A stretch of 64,000 bases of DNA from Solirubrobacteraceae bacterium (GTDB taxonomy: Bacteria; Actinomycetota; Thermoleophilia; Solirubrobacterales; Solirubrobacteraceae), in contig JBKQOO010000086.1 of the NCBI GenBank assembly GCA_052145475.1, positions 21,360 through 85,359 of the forward strand, written 5' to 3'. Below the pieces are notes generated by a model. It was given only the letters and a program-made list of their open reading frames with translations, was not told the origin of the DNA and ran no database searches. This document shows, one piece after another, positions 1 to 8,690 of the stretch; the stretch's first letter is position 1, and every line of letters begins with the position of its first letter. The translations under genes and the position numbers were made by a program.

Positions 1-356
1 TCATAGCCGAACAGGGGGAAGGACTCGGTGAACGAGCCGCGACCGGCCATGATCTCGGCCCTCCCACCCGACAGCAGGTCGACCTCGGCGAACTGCTGGA
101 AGACGCGCACCGGGTCATCGGAGCTGAGCACGGTCACGGCGCTGGACAGACGGATCCGCTCGGTCTTGACGGCGATCGCCGCCAGCACGACGGCGGGCGA
201 GGAGACGACGAAGTCGGGCCGGTGGTGCTCGCCCACGGCGAACACGTCGAGCCCGAGCTGGTCGGCCAGTTCGGCCTCCTCCATCAGATCGCGGATCCGC
301 TGCTCGGGGCTCACGCCGCTGGCGAGGTCAGCGAATGTGGCCAGTCCCAGTTCCAT
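1..356 (-). CDS. LLM-class (luciferase-like) flavin-dependent oxidoreductase, 5' part (runs off the window)
   Basis: Manual translation, absent from the ORF track: [10 protein letters not shown]...[15 protein letters not shown]...[42 protein letters not shown]. Confidence 0.9.
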   Translation of the reverse strand, partial: MELGLATFADLASGVSPEQRIRDLMEEAELADQLGLDVFAVGEHHRPDFVVSSPAVVLAAIAVKTERIRLSSAVTVLSSDDPVRVFQQFAEVDLLSGGRAEIMAGRGSFTESFPLFGY

Positions 357-377
357 GCGCCAAGCCTAGCGGGAAAC

Positions 378-393
378 AGTTGCGCGTGCAACT
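378..393. promoter_or_regulatory. Palindromic operator AGTTGC-N4-GCAACT upstream of the LLM monooxygenase
   Basis: Perfect 6-bp arms just upstream of a TAGGCT -10-like box (363-368, minus strand). Confidence 0.55.
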
Positions 394-440
394 ATCGCCG
401 TGGCGGGGACCTGACAAGACGGAGACATACGCGTCGTGCG

Positions 441-992
441 TCAATCCTCGGGCGCGACGCGCGGAGCCGTGCTCAGCGCCTCCTCGAGCTGGGCCGACTC
501 CTCGTCGCTCAGCTCTCGCCGGGTCACGTCGCGGGCGTCGTCGCCGAGCGCGGCGAGCATCTCCTCGACGTCGGCGGGCGGAGCGATCAGGACGATCGCC
601 GAGGACGACGGCGGCACGGCTTCCCGCAGCCGATCGACCAGTGCTCTCGGCTCAGGCTCGGTGTCGCTCGGGATGCCGGTCTCCGCGCCGACGACGCCGC
701 CGAGGAGGACCCCGACGGCGATGCCCGGCGGGCCGGCCAGCGCGCCGACGAGCACACCGACCGCGACTCCCACGCCGGCTCCATGCTCCGAGACGTGGTC
801 GCTCTCGTCCACGTCGACGTAGTGACCCGCGAAGGTCCCGCGCAGCGCCAGGCGACCGTTGTGGTGGCTTTCGACGAAGCCGACCTCCAGCGGCCAGCGG
901 GCGTCAGGGCGCGATCGTTCCTTCGCGGCGGCGTACATCTCGACGGCCGTTCCGTCGCCGTCGAACCGGGCCATGGCGAGTTCGAGGCTCAC
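441..992 (-). CDS. DUF1269-like membrane protein
   Basis: C-terminal part of ORF 441..1712; Gly-rich hairpin GVAVGVLVGALAGPPGIAVG and PPSSSAIV; GTG start overlaps the AKR stop (GTGA). Confidence 0.7.
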   Translation of the reverse strand: MSLELAMARFDGDGTAVEMYAAAKERSRPDARWPLEVGFVESHHNGRLALRGTFAGHYVDVDESDHVSEHGAGVGVAVGVLVGALAGPPGIAVGVLLGGVVGAETGIPSDTEPEPRALVDRLREAVPPSSSAIVLIAPPADVEEMLAALGDDARDVTRRELSDEESAQLEEALSTAPRVAPED

Positions 993-1819
993 CACCACTT
1001 GCGCTCGAGGGCGAGGTCGGTGCCACCGGTCTGATCGAGCGCGTCGAGCTCCGCCATGTCCTGCTCGGAGAGCACGAAGTCGAAGAGCTGTCCGTTCTGC
1101 TCGATGCGCTCGCGGTGCGTCGACTTCGGGATCACGGGGACCTCGTGCTGGATGCACCACCGCAGCATCACCTGCGCCGGCGTGCGACCGAGGCGCTCTG
1201 CGATCTGCTGGATCGTCGCGTCGGAGAGGTGGCGCCCGGTGCCGAGGGGGCTGTAGGCCTCGAGCGCGATCTCCTGCCGGCCGCAGGCCTCGAGCAGGCC
1301 GCGACGGTACTCGAGCGGGCTGAACTGCACCTGGTCGACGACAGGCGCGACGTTCGCGGCGGCCTCCAGCTGCTCGAGCTCGGCGGCGCTGAAGTTGGAG
1401 ACGCCGATCGAACGTGCGTAGCCGAGCTCGTGGGCGCGTTCCATGCCGGGCCAGGCCCAGGTGGGCCCACCCTTGGGCCAGTGCACGATGTACAGGTCGA
1501 CCTGGTCGATGCCGAGCTTGCGCAGGCTCTTCTCGGCCTCCGCTGCCGGGTCCTGGCGGGCGGGGTAGAACTTGGTCGTGATGAAGACCTCCTCGCGCTC
1601 CACGCCGGCCTCGCGCAGCGCCCGCCCGACGCTCTCCTCGTTGCCGTAGGCCTGAGCCGTGTCGATGTGGTGGTAGCCGAGTTCGAGCGCCCAGCGCACC
1701 GCGTTGACGCACTCGGGGCCGTTGGGCACCTGCCAGACGCCGAGCCCGAGCATCGGCATCTCGTGCCCGTCCGCGAGTGTGATCGTCCGTCCGTCCGGGG
1801 TCACAGCCAGAGAGGCCAT
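989..1819 (-). CDS. Aldo/keto reductase (2,5-DKG reductase-like)
   Basis: LGLGVWQ, HIDTAQAYGNE, LYIVHWP, SIGVSNF, IPKS motifs; RBS AAGGAG. Confidence 0.95.
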   Translation of the reverse strand: MASLAVTPDGRTITLADGHEMPMLGLGVWQVPNGPECVNAVRWALELGYHHIDTAQAYGNEESVGRALREAGVEREEVFITTKFYPARQDPAAEAEKSLRKLGIDQVDLYIVHWPKGGPTWAWPGMERAHELGYARSIGVSNFSAAELEQLEAAANVAPVVDQVQFSPLEYRRGLLEACGRQEIALEAYSPLGTGRHLSDATIQQIAERLGRTPAQVMLRWCIQHEVPVIPKSTHRERIEQNGQLFDFVLSEQDMAELDALDQTGGTDLALERKWW

Positions 1820-1852
1820 GGTGTCTCCTTATAGGTCGGGGAGCCCTGCGAT

Positions 1853-3121
1853 CTAGCGGCGCTCGGCATCGAGGGCGATCGTAGGCCTGTCAGGAGCCTG
1901 GACCGCGACCTGCGAGGCGATCGGCAGGAACGGGTCGACATGGGTGGCCGCCAGCAGGTACCAGGCCGTCGCGCCGGTGTGCAGAGAGGCGAAATAGAAT
2001 TCGCCTTCGCACGTGCTCAGCTTGTTCTTGGAGGCGGCGATGATGCCGAGCCCGTCGTTGTTCAGGCCGTTGGTCTGCGCGAATTCGATGTCGGAGAGAT
2101 AGCGGTCGGCCACTTCTTCATCGCCCGGCCCGTCACGCAGCTCGAGCGCATCGGCCAGGTGCGCGGTGCCCTCGAACCAGACACCGCTCCGGTCTCCCCG
2201 ACAGAAGCTGACACCTGCGAAACCGCGGGCACTGACGGCCAGTGAGCTGACGTCCCAGTCGATCGACGCCGCGTAGGCCGGGCTCCTCAGGGCCAGGTAC
2301 GACCAGCTGTTCACGTCCTCGGGCTGAACGCTGCCTTCGGGCGTGCTGCCGTCGTTCTGCGTCCCGACATAGAAGCGCCCTTCACTCGGTTCCCACATCG
2401 CCTCGACCAGGCCCAGCGCCCAGGCCGCCCGCTGCGACCACACGGGTTCGCCGGTCGCTTCGGCCAGTAGTGTGAAGAGCGAGTAGAGGTCGATGTTGTG
2501 CTCGGTCGACTTCCACTTGATCCGCTTGCCACCCGCGGTCAGCCCGCCGGTGTAGCCGCCCGGTCCGCGGGTGTCGTAGGCGTTGGCCTGGATCCAGTTG
2601 CCGATCTCCTTCGCCCCGGCCAGGTAGCTCCCGTTGCCGGATGCCTCGTACAGCTGCACCAGCGCCTGGCCGACCCAGGCCATGTTGCCGACGTCGCTGG
2701 TCTTTTCCGTCGCGTGCACGTCAGCCGGGCTCAGCAGCGGCGTCGGCGCGTAGGCGGGCCGGATGCGACCGTCGTGGGCCGGATCGTTCGCCTGGACGTA
2801 GAGCAGCGCGTTGCCGATCGTCTCGGCTCTCGACAGCGCTTGCGGTGTGCCCGCGGCCAGGTAGGCGTCGATCACGAGCGCGTCGTCGTAGGTGACCGAG
2901 TCGGTGTAGTGCCTCTTGGCGAGGACTCCGCCCGTGTAGCTCTGGACGAGACGTGGAACCGAGCCGCTCGCGTAGAGGTCCTCCATCTGATCGAGGAACT
3001 GGTAGGCGCCGGTGATGCTGCTCGCTCGCGGTGCAGGCCCAGGCGCGCCCGCGAGCGCCGCGGCGGGGGCGAAGCAGGCTCCCAGCGCGAACAGGGCGAT
3101 GATCGTGGTGGTGCGCCGCAC
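1853..3121 (-). CDS. Secreted uncharacterised protein, probable six-hairpin glycosidase-like fold
   Basis: Signal peptide; motifs YDDAL, DVGNMAW, KSTEHNIDLY, VWFEGTA, HTGATAW. Confidence 0.65.
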   Translation of the reverse strand: MRRTTTIIALFALGACFAPAAALAGAPGPAPRASSITGAYQFLDQMEDLYASGSVPRLVQSYTGGVLAKRHYTDSVTYDDALVIDAYLAAGTPQALSRAETIGNALLYVQANDPAHDGRIRPAYAPTPLLSPADVHATEKTSDVGNMAWVGQALVQLYEASGNGSYLAGAKEIGNWIQANAYDTRGPGGYTGGLTAGGKRIKWKSTEHNIDLYSLFTLLAEATGEPVWSQRAAWALGLVEAMWEPSEGRFYVGTQNDGSTPEGSVQPEDVNSWSYLALRSPAYAASIDWDVSSLAVSARGFAGVSFCRGDRSGVWFEGTAHLADALELRDGPGDEEVADRYLSDIEFAQTNGLNNDGLGIIAASKNKLSTCEGEFYFASLHTGATAWYLLAATHVDPFLPIASQVAVQAPDRPTIALDAERR

Positions 3122-3185
3122 GGTCAGCGCAGCCTAACGCCGGCAGTCGAGGGCTGAGACAGATCGGGAGTGATATAGCTGGCCG

Positions 3186-3767
3186 GTGGAGGTCTTTCGC
3201 TGCTTCGGCCAAGGCGACCCCTTGATGGAGCGCTACCACGACGAGGAGTGGGCCCTTCCCGTGCTCGACGAGCGCGGGCTGTTCGAGCGTATGAGCCTCG
3301 AGGCGTTCCAGTCGGGTCTGTCGTGGCGGACGATCCTCAACAAGCGCGAGGCCTTCCGGTCGGCCTTCGCCGGCTTCGATGCGGACGCCGTCGCTCGCTT
3401 CGACGACGCCGACGTCGAACGGCTGCTCGGCGACGCCGGGATCGTCCGCAACCGAGCCAAGATCGAGGCCACGCTCGCGAACGCGCGGGCGACCGTCGGC
3501 TTGCGGGCCGGCGAGCCGCTCGCGGCGCTGATACGGCGGCACGCGCCTGCCCCGCGTCCCGCGCCGGCCTCCTGGGGCGAGGTGCCTTCTACGATCCCCG
3601 AGACCAGGGCGCTGGCGCGACTGCTCAAGAGCAGGGGATTCCGCTTTGTCGGCCCGACGACGCTCTACGCGCTGATGCAAGCCTGCGGACTGGTCGACGA
3701 TCATCTCGCCGCTTGCTCGTTCAGGGCAGCGGCCGAGCAGGCTCGCCAGGCAGCTGGTCTGTCTTAG
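3186..3767 (+). CDS. tag: DNA-3-methyladenine glycosylase I
   Basis: YHDEEW, LEAFQSGLSWRTIL, IVRNRAKI, GFRFVGPTT, DHLAAC. Confidence 0.93.
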   Translation: MEVFRCFGQGDPLMERYHDEEWALPVLDERGLFERMSLEAFQSGLSWRTILNKREAFRSAFAGFDADAVARFDDADVERLLGDAGIVRNRAKIEATLANARATVGLRAGEPLAALIRRHAPAPRPAPASWGEVPSTIPETRALARLLKSRGFRFVGPTTLYALMQACGLVDDHLAACSFRAAAEQARQAAGLS

Positions 3768-3788
3768 CTGCGGATCGGGTCGGACCGC

Positions 3789-4379
3789 TCAGAGAGCGCC
3801 GGGCGAGAGATCCCTGAGCTCGAAGTCCAGCTGACGCACCAGCGGCGAATCGGGCAGTCGCTCGCGCAGCAGGGCGAGGCATCGCCTGTAGTGGGCCAGG
3901 CGCCAGGCCGGCGAGGCGTCCCCCGGATGCGGGCGCCCGCCGCCGGGGAGCCCATCGTCGAGCAGGCGCAGCTCGCGGGCCTTTGAGATCTTGTCGGCGG
4001 CGAACAGCATCAACGCCTCCTCGCCGGCGTCGGCGACGCGATCGCTCAGCGCGACCTTGCGAGCCGCGTAGCCTCGTATCCGCTCGTCCACGCTGACGGC
4101 GAGGACGAGTCCGGCGACCCTCGAGCCGAAGCGCCGGCGCAGATCGGATGAGCCCGCCGGCGTCTTCTCGATCACGTCGTGAAGCGCGCCGGCAGCAATC
4201 ACGTCATCCGGGGCGCCGGCAGTGTAGAGCAGCTCGGCCACCTCACGCGGGTGGACTATGAACGGCGCGCCGTCCACCTCGCGCGACTGCCCAGCATGAA
4301 GGTCGCGGGCGTAGTCGAGTGCGGCCTGCGTCTTGGGAAGACCTTGCACCGATGCGGGAATCCCCAGCACCACCCCCAT
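3789..4379 (-). CDS. HD-domain protein, small alarmone hydrolase (Mesh1/SAH)-like, with degenerate catalytic motifs
   Basis: HAGQSR...PFIVHP...LHDVIEKT...FGSRVAGLV...ADKISK. Confidence 0.8.
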   Translation of the reverse strand: MGVVLGIPASVQGLPKTQAALDYARDLHAGQSREVDGAPFIVHPREVAELLYTAGAPDDVIAAGALHDVIEKTPAGSSDLRRRFGSRVAGLVLAVSVDERIRGYAARKVALSDRVADAGEEALMLFAADKISKARELRLLDDGLPGGGRPHPGDASPAWRLAHYRRCLALLRERLPDSPLVRQLDFELRDLSPGAL

Positions 4380-4401
4380 TGCGCGGACTGTAGCTCCGAT
4401 T

Positions 4402-4447
4402 CCGCAATTTGCGGGCAATGCCCCGCCATGCCGGCCGCAAATTGCGG
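4402..4447. promoter_or_regulatory. Two palindromes CCGCAA(T/A)TTGCGG, 33 bp apart
   Basis: 4402-4414 CCGCAATTTGCGG and 4435-4447 CCGCAAATTGCGG; a related copy CCGCATCTTGCGA at 4949-4961. Confidence 0.65.
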
Positions 4448-4531
4448 GAATTTCGCGTCAGCGGGCAGCGGCGCGCCGAGGCGGCTCGGGACCTCGACCA
4501 CGCTTCGACGGACGGGTCTGCCGGGCGGCGG

Positions 4532-4894
4532 CTACTCGGCCGTACGGCCGAGCGCCTCATAGTGCGCGTCGGCATGCGCCCAGCGGATGTCTGCGACGGG
4601 CATACGGCGCACGCTGATCTCCTGCGTGGGAGACGCGCCCTGGGCCGCAGGGGCGCCGAGGCGCTCTCGGGCCTCTTGAAGGAGCCGCAGCATCGCCGAC
4701 GGAGCGATCCCGAGACGCTCGGCCAGACCGGCCGAACCGAGCTCCCTGGCGAGGTCGAGCATCATGCGGTCGCGCTCACGCCGCAGCTCCGCCTTCTCAC
4801 GCTCGACCGCGAGGTGTCGTGCGGCCCGCGCGTCCCGACGGCCGGTGAGCAGCAGCTCACCCTCCGCGACGATCCTCGCCTTGCTGCCATCCAT
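4532..4894 (-). CDS. Hypothetical protein with an HTH-like segment
   Basis: 120-aa ORF; LARELGSAGLAERLGIAPSAMLRLLQEARE resembles an HTH. Confidence 0.55.
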   Translation of the reverse strand: MDGSKARIVAEGELLLTGRRDARAARHLAVEREKAELRRERDRMMLDLARELGSAGLAERLGIAPSAMLRLLQEARERLGAPAAQGASPTQEISVRRMPVADIRWAHADAHYEALGRTAE

Positions 4895-5094
4895 GGCCTC
4901 AGTATTCCCGAGCCGTCGGACGGCCAGGGCAGACCAACCCGCATCTTGCGAGCTTTGTTCGACCGGAAGGACGCCGTGAGATCGCGGCTCGCGTCGCCCG
5001 TGATCGTGCGATCAGCCAGACTGGGCCTGCGATGGAGAGCGCAGACCGCCGCCGCGCCGCACTGGAGGATCTTGCTGGAGCCGGCGGTCGCGAC

Positions 5095-5589
5095 ATGCGC
5101 GTGGAGATCGTCGCGTACGACCCCGTATGGCCGGGCAGGTTCGAAGCGGAGCGGGCCCGTCTGGTGCCCTTCCTGGGCGCCGCCGAGCTCCATCACATCG
5201 GATCGACGTCCGTGCCCGGCCTGGCGGCGAAGCCGGTCATCGACATGATCGCGCTGGTCGAGTCATACGAGGAGCCGGTGAGGAGACTCGTGACGCGCGC
5301 CGGCTACCAGTATCCGGCTGCGTTCAACGCGACCCTCGAGAAGCGGCGCTTCCTGCTGTATCCGACGCCCGCCGAGCGCACCCACCATCTGCATCTCGTG
5401 GACGATCGCACCGAGCTCGAGCGCTACCTGTCCTTCCGCGATCGACTCCGGGCCGATCCGCGGCTCGCTCGCGAGTACGAGGCTCTCAAGCGGTCGCTGG
5501 CGGCGCGCTACCAGGATGACCGCGAGTCCTACACCAGCGCCAAGAGCGATTTCGTCTGCCGTCACGAGCGGCCCGGCGCGTCGGGCTGA
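5095..5589 (+). CDS. GrpB family protein (nucleotidyltransferase-like)
   Basis: YDPVWP, HIGSTSVPGLAAKPVID, HHLHLV, FRDRLR, YEALK, YTSAK. Confidence 0.9.
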   Translation: MRVEIVAYDPVWPGRFEAERARLVPFLGAAELHHIGSTSVPGLAAKPVIDMIALVESYEEPVRRLVTRAGYQYPAAFNATLEKRRFLLYPTPAERTHHLHLVDDRTELERYLSFRDRLRADPRLAREYEALKRSLAARYQDDRESYTSAKSDFVCRHERPGASG

Positions 5590-5704
5590 GCGCGCCTGAG
5601 CGGCGACCCGGGAAAGGCGTATGGTGGACGGTGGACGGATGCCTCCGAGGCTGGGTTGTCGCCGACCGCCGGGTTGCTCGTGGGTCAGCCGAGAGGAGGC
5701 AGCC

Positions 5705-6376
5705 ATGCTGCTGAGTGATCGTAGAGCCGAGCACCTGGGCCTCGCGACGGCGGAGCCGGGAATCAGGACCGACACGGCGCTCCAGCGAAAGGCGGGCCCG
5801 ATCGATCTGAGCCCCGCCGCGGCCTGGTCGCGGCGCGTCAGACGCGTCGGCGGAATGATCCAGGCGGCCTTCGCCGGGTTCTGGCTGGTGCGTGGGAGCA
5901 TCGTGATCGGCGCACCGGCCGCGACCCTCCTGGTCGCGGTCTTCGGGGTGGCCGTCGTCGGCGTGTTCGTCTACGCGCTGACTGCGACGGCCGGCACCGC
6001 TCCGCGCCCGAGCGATCCCGAGGCGAAGCGGATCGAGCGGGCGGTGACCGTCGCCACCGTGATCGAGTTCGCCGCGGCGTTCGTGCTCCCCGTGATCGTG
6101 ATCGCGGCGGGCCACTCGGACTGGGTGCTGCCCTCGATCGCGATCACGATCGGGCCGCTCCTCCTCTACCTCGACCACCTCGTCGACATTCCGCGCTATC
6201 GCCCTGTCGGGTGGGCGCTCACGCTGGGACCGGTGATCCTCGTCGCGACGCTGTCCGGCACCGCGCTGATCGCCGCGACAGGCATCGGCTCGGGCCTGCT
6301 GCTCCTCTGGACTGCCTTCGCCGGCTTCCGCGAGCTCGCGGTCGCGTCGAATCCGCCCCGGGAAGGCCAGGCCTGA
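5705..6376 (+). CDS. Multi-pass membrane protein of unknown function
   Basis: RBS GAGGAGG before the ATG; about 6 hydrophobic helices; stop overlaps the next ATG. Confidence 0.7.
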   Translation: MLLSDRRAEHLGLATAEPGIRTDTALQRKAGPIDLSPAAAWSRRVRRVGGMIQAAFAGFWLVRGSIVIGAPAATLLVAVFGVAVVGVFVYALTATAGTAPRPSDPEAKRIERAVTVATVIEFAAAFVLPVIVIAAGHSDWVLPSIAITIGPLLLYLDHLVDIPRYRPVGWALTLGPVILVATLSGTALIAATGIGSGLLLLWTAFAGFRELAVASNPPREGQA

Positions 6377-7011
6377 TGGAACGCGCCGACGCCGAGCTGA
6401 CCGCCACGCGAGACGGGGCGCACAGGCTCGGCGATGACGACGGCGGCGCCGACTTCCGGCCGTTGTCCAATCCCGCAACAGGCGAGTGGATCCGGTTCGC
6501 GTCCGTCGCCGAGGGCAGCGACGGAGACATGGTCCGCTTCACCTGGCGCAGCGCACCGGGCGGCGCCATCACCGAGCACCTCCACCCCCTTCAGGAGGAG
6601 CGCTTCATGATCGCGTCGGGCGAGGCGCACTTCACGGTCGACGGCGAGCACCAGGTGGTGGGACCGGGAGAGACGATCGTCATCCCGCCCGGCGTGCGCC
6701 ACTCCGAGTCAAACCCTGGAGCGGTCGAGATCGAAGGCGTCGTCGAGCTGCGTCCAGGACTTCGCACCCGCGAGATGCAGGAGGCCTTTGCGGCCCTGGC
6801 CGCCGAAGGCAAGACCTCCACGCGTGGCGCGCCGAAGAACCCTCTCCAGCTCGGCGCCACGCTCTGGCACTTCCGCCACGAGACCCGCGCGACCTCGCCG
6901 CCGATCTGGTTTCAGAACCTGCTGCTTCCACCGCTCTGCGCGTTGGCCAAGGTCTTCGGCATCGAAGCTCATCGCCGCGATTGGGACAGCCGGATCAGGC
7001 CCCCCGCTTGA
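6376..7011 (+). CDS. Cupin domain protein
   Basis: NPATGEWI, EHLHPLQEERF, IPPGVRH cupin motifs. Confidence 0.85.
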   Translation: MERADAELTATRDGAHRLGDDDGGADFRPLSNPATGEWIRFASVAEGSDGDMVRFTWRSAPGGAITEHLHPLQEERFMIASGEAHFTVDGEHQVVGPGETIVIPPGVRHSESNPGAVEIEGVVELRPGLRTREMQEAFAALAAEGKTSTRGAPKNPLQLGATLWHFRHETRATSPPIWFQNLLLPPLCALAKVFGIEAHRRDWDSRIRPPA

Positions 7012-7076
7012 GGGGGCCGGTCAGCGCGGGGCGGCCGGTCACGGGGCGGAGCCGCAACCCGGCTCGTGCCTGCAGG

Positions 7077-7424
7077 TCAGTCGCGGAAGCCTGACAGCGC
7101 CGCCGTCAGGCGGCGGCCCAGATCATGCAGCTCCTCGTCGGAGAGGTGGTCGACGGCGAGGCCGGCATGTTTGAGCTCGTGACGGACGTTCACCGTGGCG
7201 CGGGCGCTGTCGACCGCTCGACCGAGGCTTGCCAGCGTGCGGCTGACAAGAGGGTCGTCGAGGGACGTGCTGCCGTCACCGGCGGGCTTCAGCAGCCACG
7301 CACGCAGCGCCTCGGCCTCGCTCAGACACAGCTCCAGGGCCAGCATGGGCTCCGGCTCGAGCTCCTCGAACGGCTGCTCGATCTGCTCGACTTCCTGATC
7401 TGCGGTCTGGTCGGTGGCGCTCAT
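7077..7424 (-). CDS. Hypothetical acidic protein
   Basis: Protein-like composition from MSATDQ onward; start uncertain. Confidence 0.6.
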   Translation of the reverse strand: MSATDQTADQEVEQIEQPFEELEPEPMLALELCLSEAEALRAWLLKPAGDGSTSLDDPLVSRTLASLGRAVDSARATVNVRHELKHAGLAVDHLSDEELHDLGRRLTAALSGFRD

Positions 7425-7566
7425 CGGTGTCGGTCCGGTTCGCAACGGGTCCGGGAAGCTGCCCGGGCTGGGCGTTCGTGCTGCAGGGCTGTTATCGACC
7501 GTCACCGACCGCTGCTTGAGGGATTTGCAGAAATCTCGACGCGCCGCCGGCGAGGGGCGGTCCCCG

Positions 7567-7809
7567 CTAGGGCTGGTAGCCGCCGTCGATCCACGACTGG
7601 AACAGCCGCAGCTGATCTTCCGACCAGCGCTTCTCGCCGCTGTCGCGGGGTGGCATCGCGCCGCTCGAGACCTGCTCGTAGACGCTGCCGGCGTTCGCGG
7701 GATCGCTCATGTAGGCGTAGTCGTCCAGCAGGACTCCCGCGGAGCTCATGTGGTCGATGTCCATGCTGGTGAAGAGCGGCAATACGTCGGTGCTGAAGCT
7801 GGTTGCCAT
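7567..7809 (-). CDS. Small 80-aa protein with a cytochrome-c-like C-terminal signature but no CXXCH
   Basis: RBS AGAGGT; SFSTDVLPLF...DHM...MPP...WSEDQLRLFQSWIDGG. Confidence 0.75.
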   Translation of the reverse strand: MATSFSTDVLPLFTSMDIDHMSSAGVLLDDYAYMSDPANAGSVYEQVSSGAMPPRDSGEKRWSEDQLRLFQSWIDGGYQP

Positions 7810-7899
7810 AGCGACCTCTCTGTTCGAAGATCTGCGAAAGCCGATCACGGCGTGGCAGCTCGGCAGCCTGCAGTCTCGTCGGGGCCAGGCCGGCGGACA

Positions 7900-7916
7900 T
7901 CGCCCGATCGGGATGA
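7900..7916. promoter_or_regulatory. TCAYCC-N5-GGRTGA-type palindrome (TCGCCC GATCG GGATGA)
   Basis: Lies between divergent genes; matches copies at 8641 and 19062. Confidence 0.5.
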
Positions 7917-7968
7917 TCGAGGCGACCGGCGAGCCTTCGTGACTCGAAATGTCCTAGGTTTCTGCGCG

Positions 7969-8595
7969 ATGGCCGCGACTCTGAGGATCGTCGGGCTGGG
8001 GGGCTCGCTGGCGAGGCATTCCACCAGTCGTGCCGCGCTGCAGGTGGCGCTGGACGGCGCGGCGAGGGCCGGCGCCGAGACGACGCTGCTGGACCTGCGC
8101 GAGCTCGATCTGCCGATGTACCCACCAGACGACGACGAGCCCCCTCCTGCGGCCGAACAGCTGATCGAGACGTGCTACGCGGCCGACGGGATGCTCTGGA
8201 GCAGCCCGATGTACCAGGGCACGATCTCGGGCGCGTTCAAGAACGCACTCGACTGGCTGCACGTGCTGGGCAGCCGCGAGCCGCCGTTTCTCTACGACAA
8301 GGTGATCGGGCTGATCAGCGCCGCCGGCGGGACACAGGGCCTGCAGGCGATCAACACGATGGAGTTCTCGATCCGGGCTCTTCGCGCCTGGGACGTCCCG
8401 TATGTCGTTCCCGTCGCGGGCGCGGCGCGCGTGTTCGACGAGAACGGCCGAGTCCAGGACGCGACGGTCGAAACCCAGCTGATCGCGCTGGGTGGCGAAG
8501 TCGTGCGGGTGGCGCAACGGTTCGCGGCCGACAGCTCGGCGCATCGCGCCTCCGAATGCGACGACGCGGCCGAGCGCGTCGCCGCGGCCGCGTAG
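7969..8595 (+). CDS. NADPH-dependent FMN reductase
   Basis: GLGGSLARHSTS, LDLRELDLPMY, SPMYQGTISGAFKNALDWL. Confidence 0.92.
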   Translation: MAATLRIVGLGGSLARHSTSRAALQVALDGAARAGAETTLLDLRELDLPMYPPDDDEPPPAAEQLIETCYAADGMLWSSPMYQGTISGAFKNALDWLHVLGSREPPFLYDKVIGLISAAGGTQGLQAINTMEFSIRALRAWDVPYVVPVAGAARVFDENGRVQDATVETQLIALGGEVVRVAQRFAADSSAHRASECDDAAERVAAAA

Positions 8596-8640
8596 GCGTC
8601 TCGGGGCCAGGGTCTGACCGACCGCCTTCGCGACGAGGGA

Positions 8641-8657
8641 TCATCCCGATGGGATGA
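8641..8657. promoter_or_regulatory. Perfect palindrome TCATCCC-GAT-GGGATGA upstream of zwf
   Basis: 7-bp perfect arms, 33 bp before the zwf start. Confidence 0.65.
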
Positions 8658-8690
8658 GGCGTTCTCGCGAGGACGTGGCACCCTGGCCCG

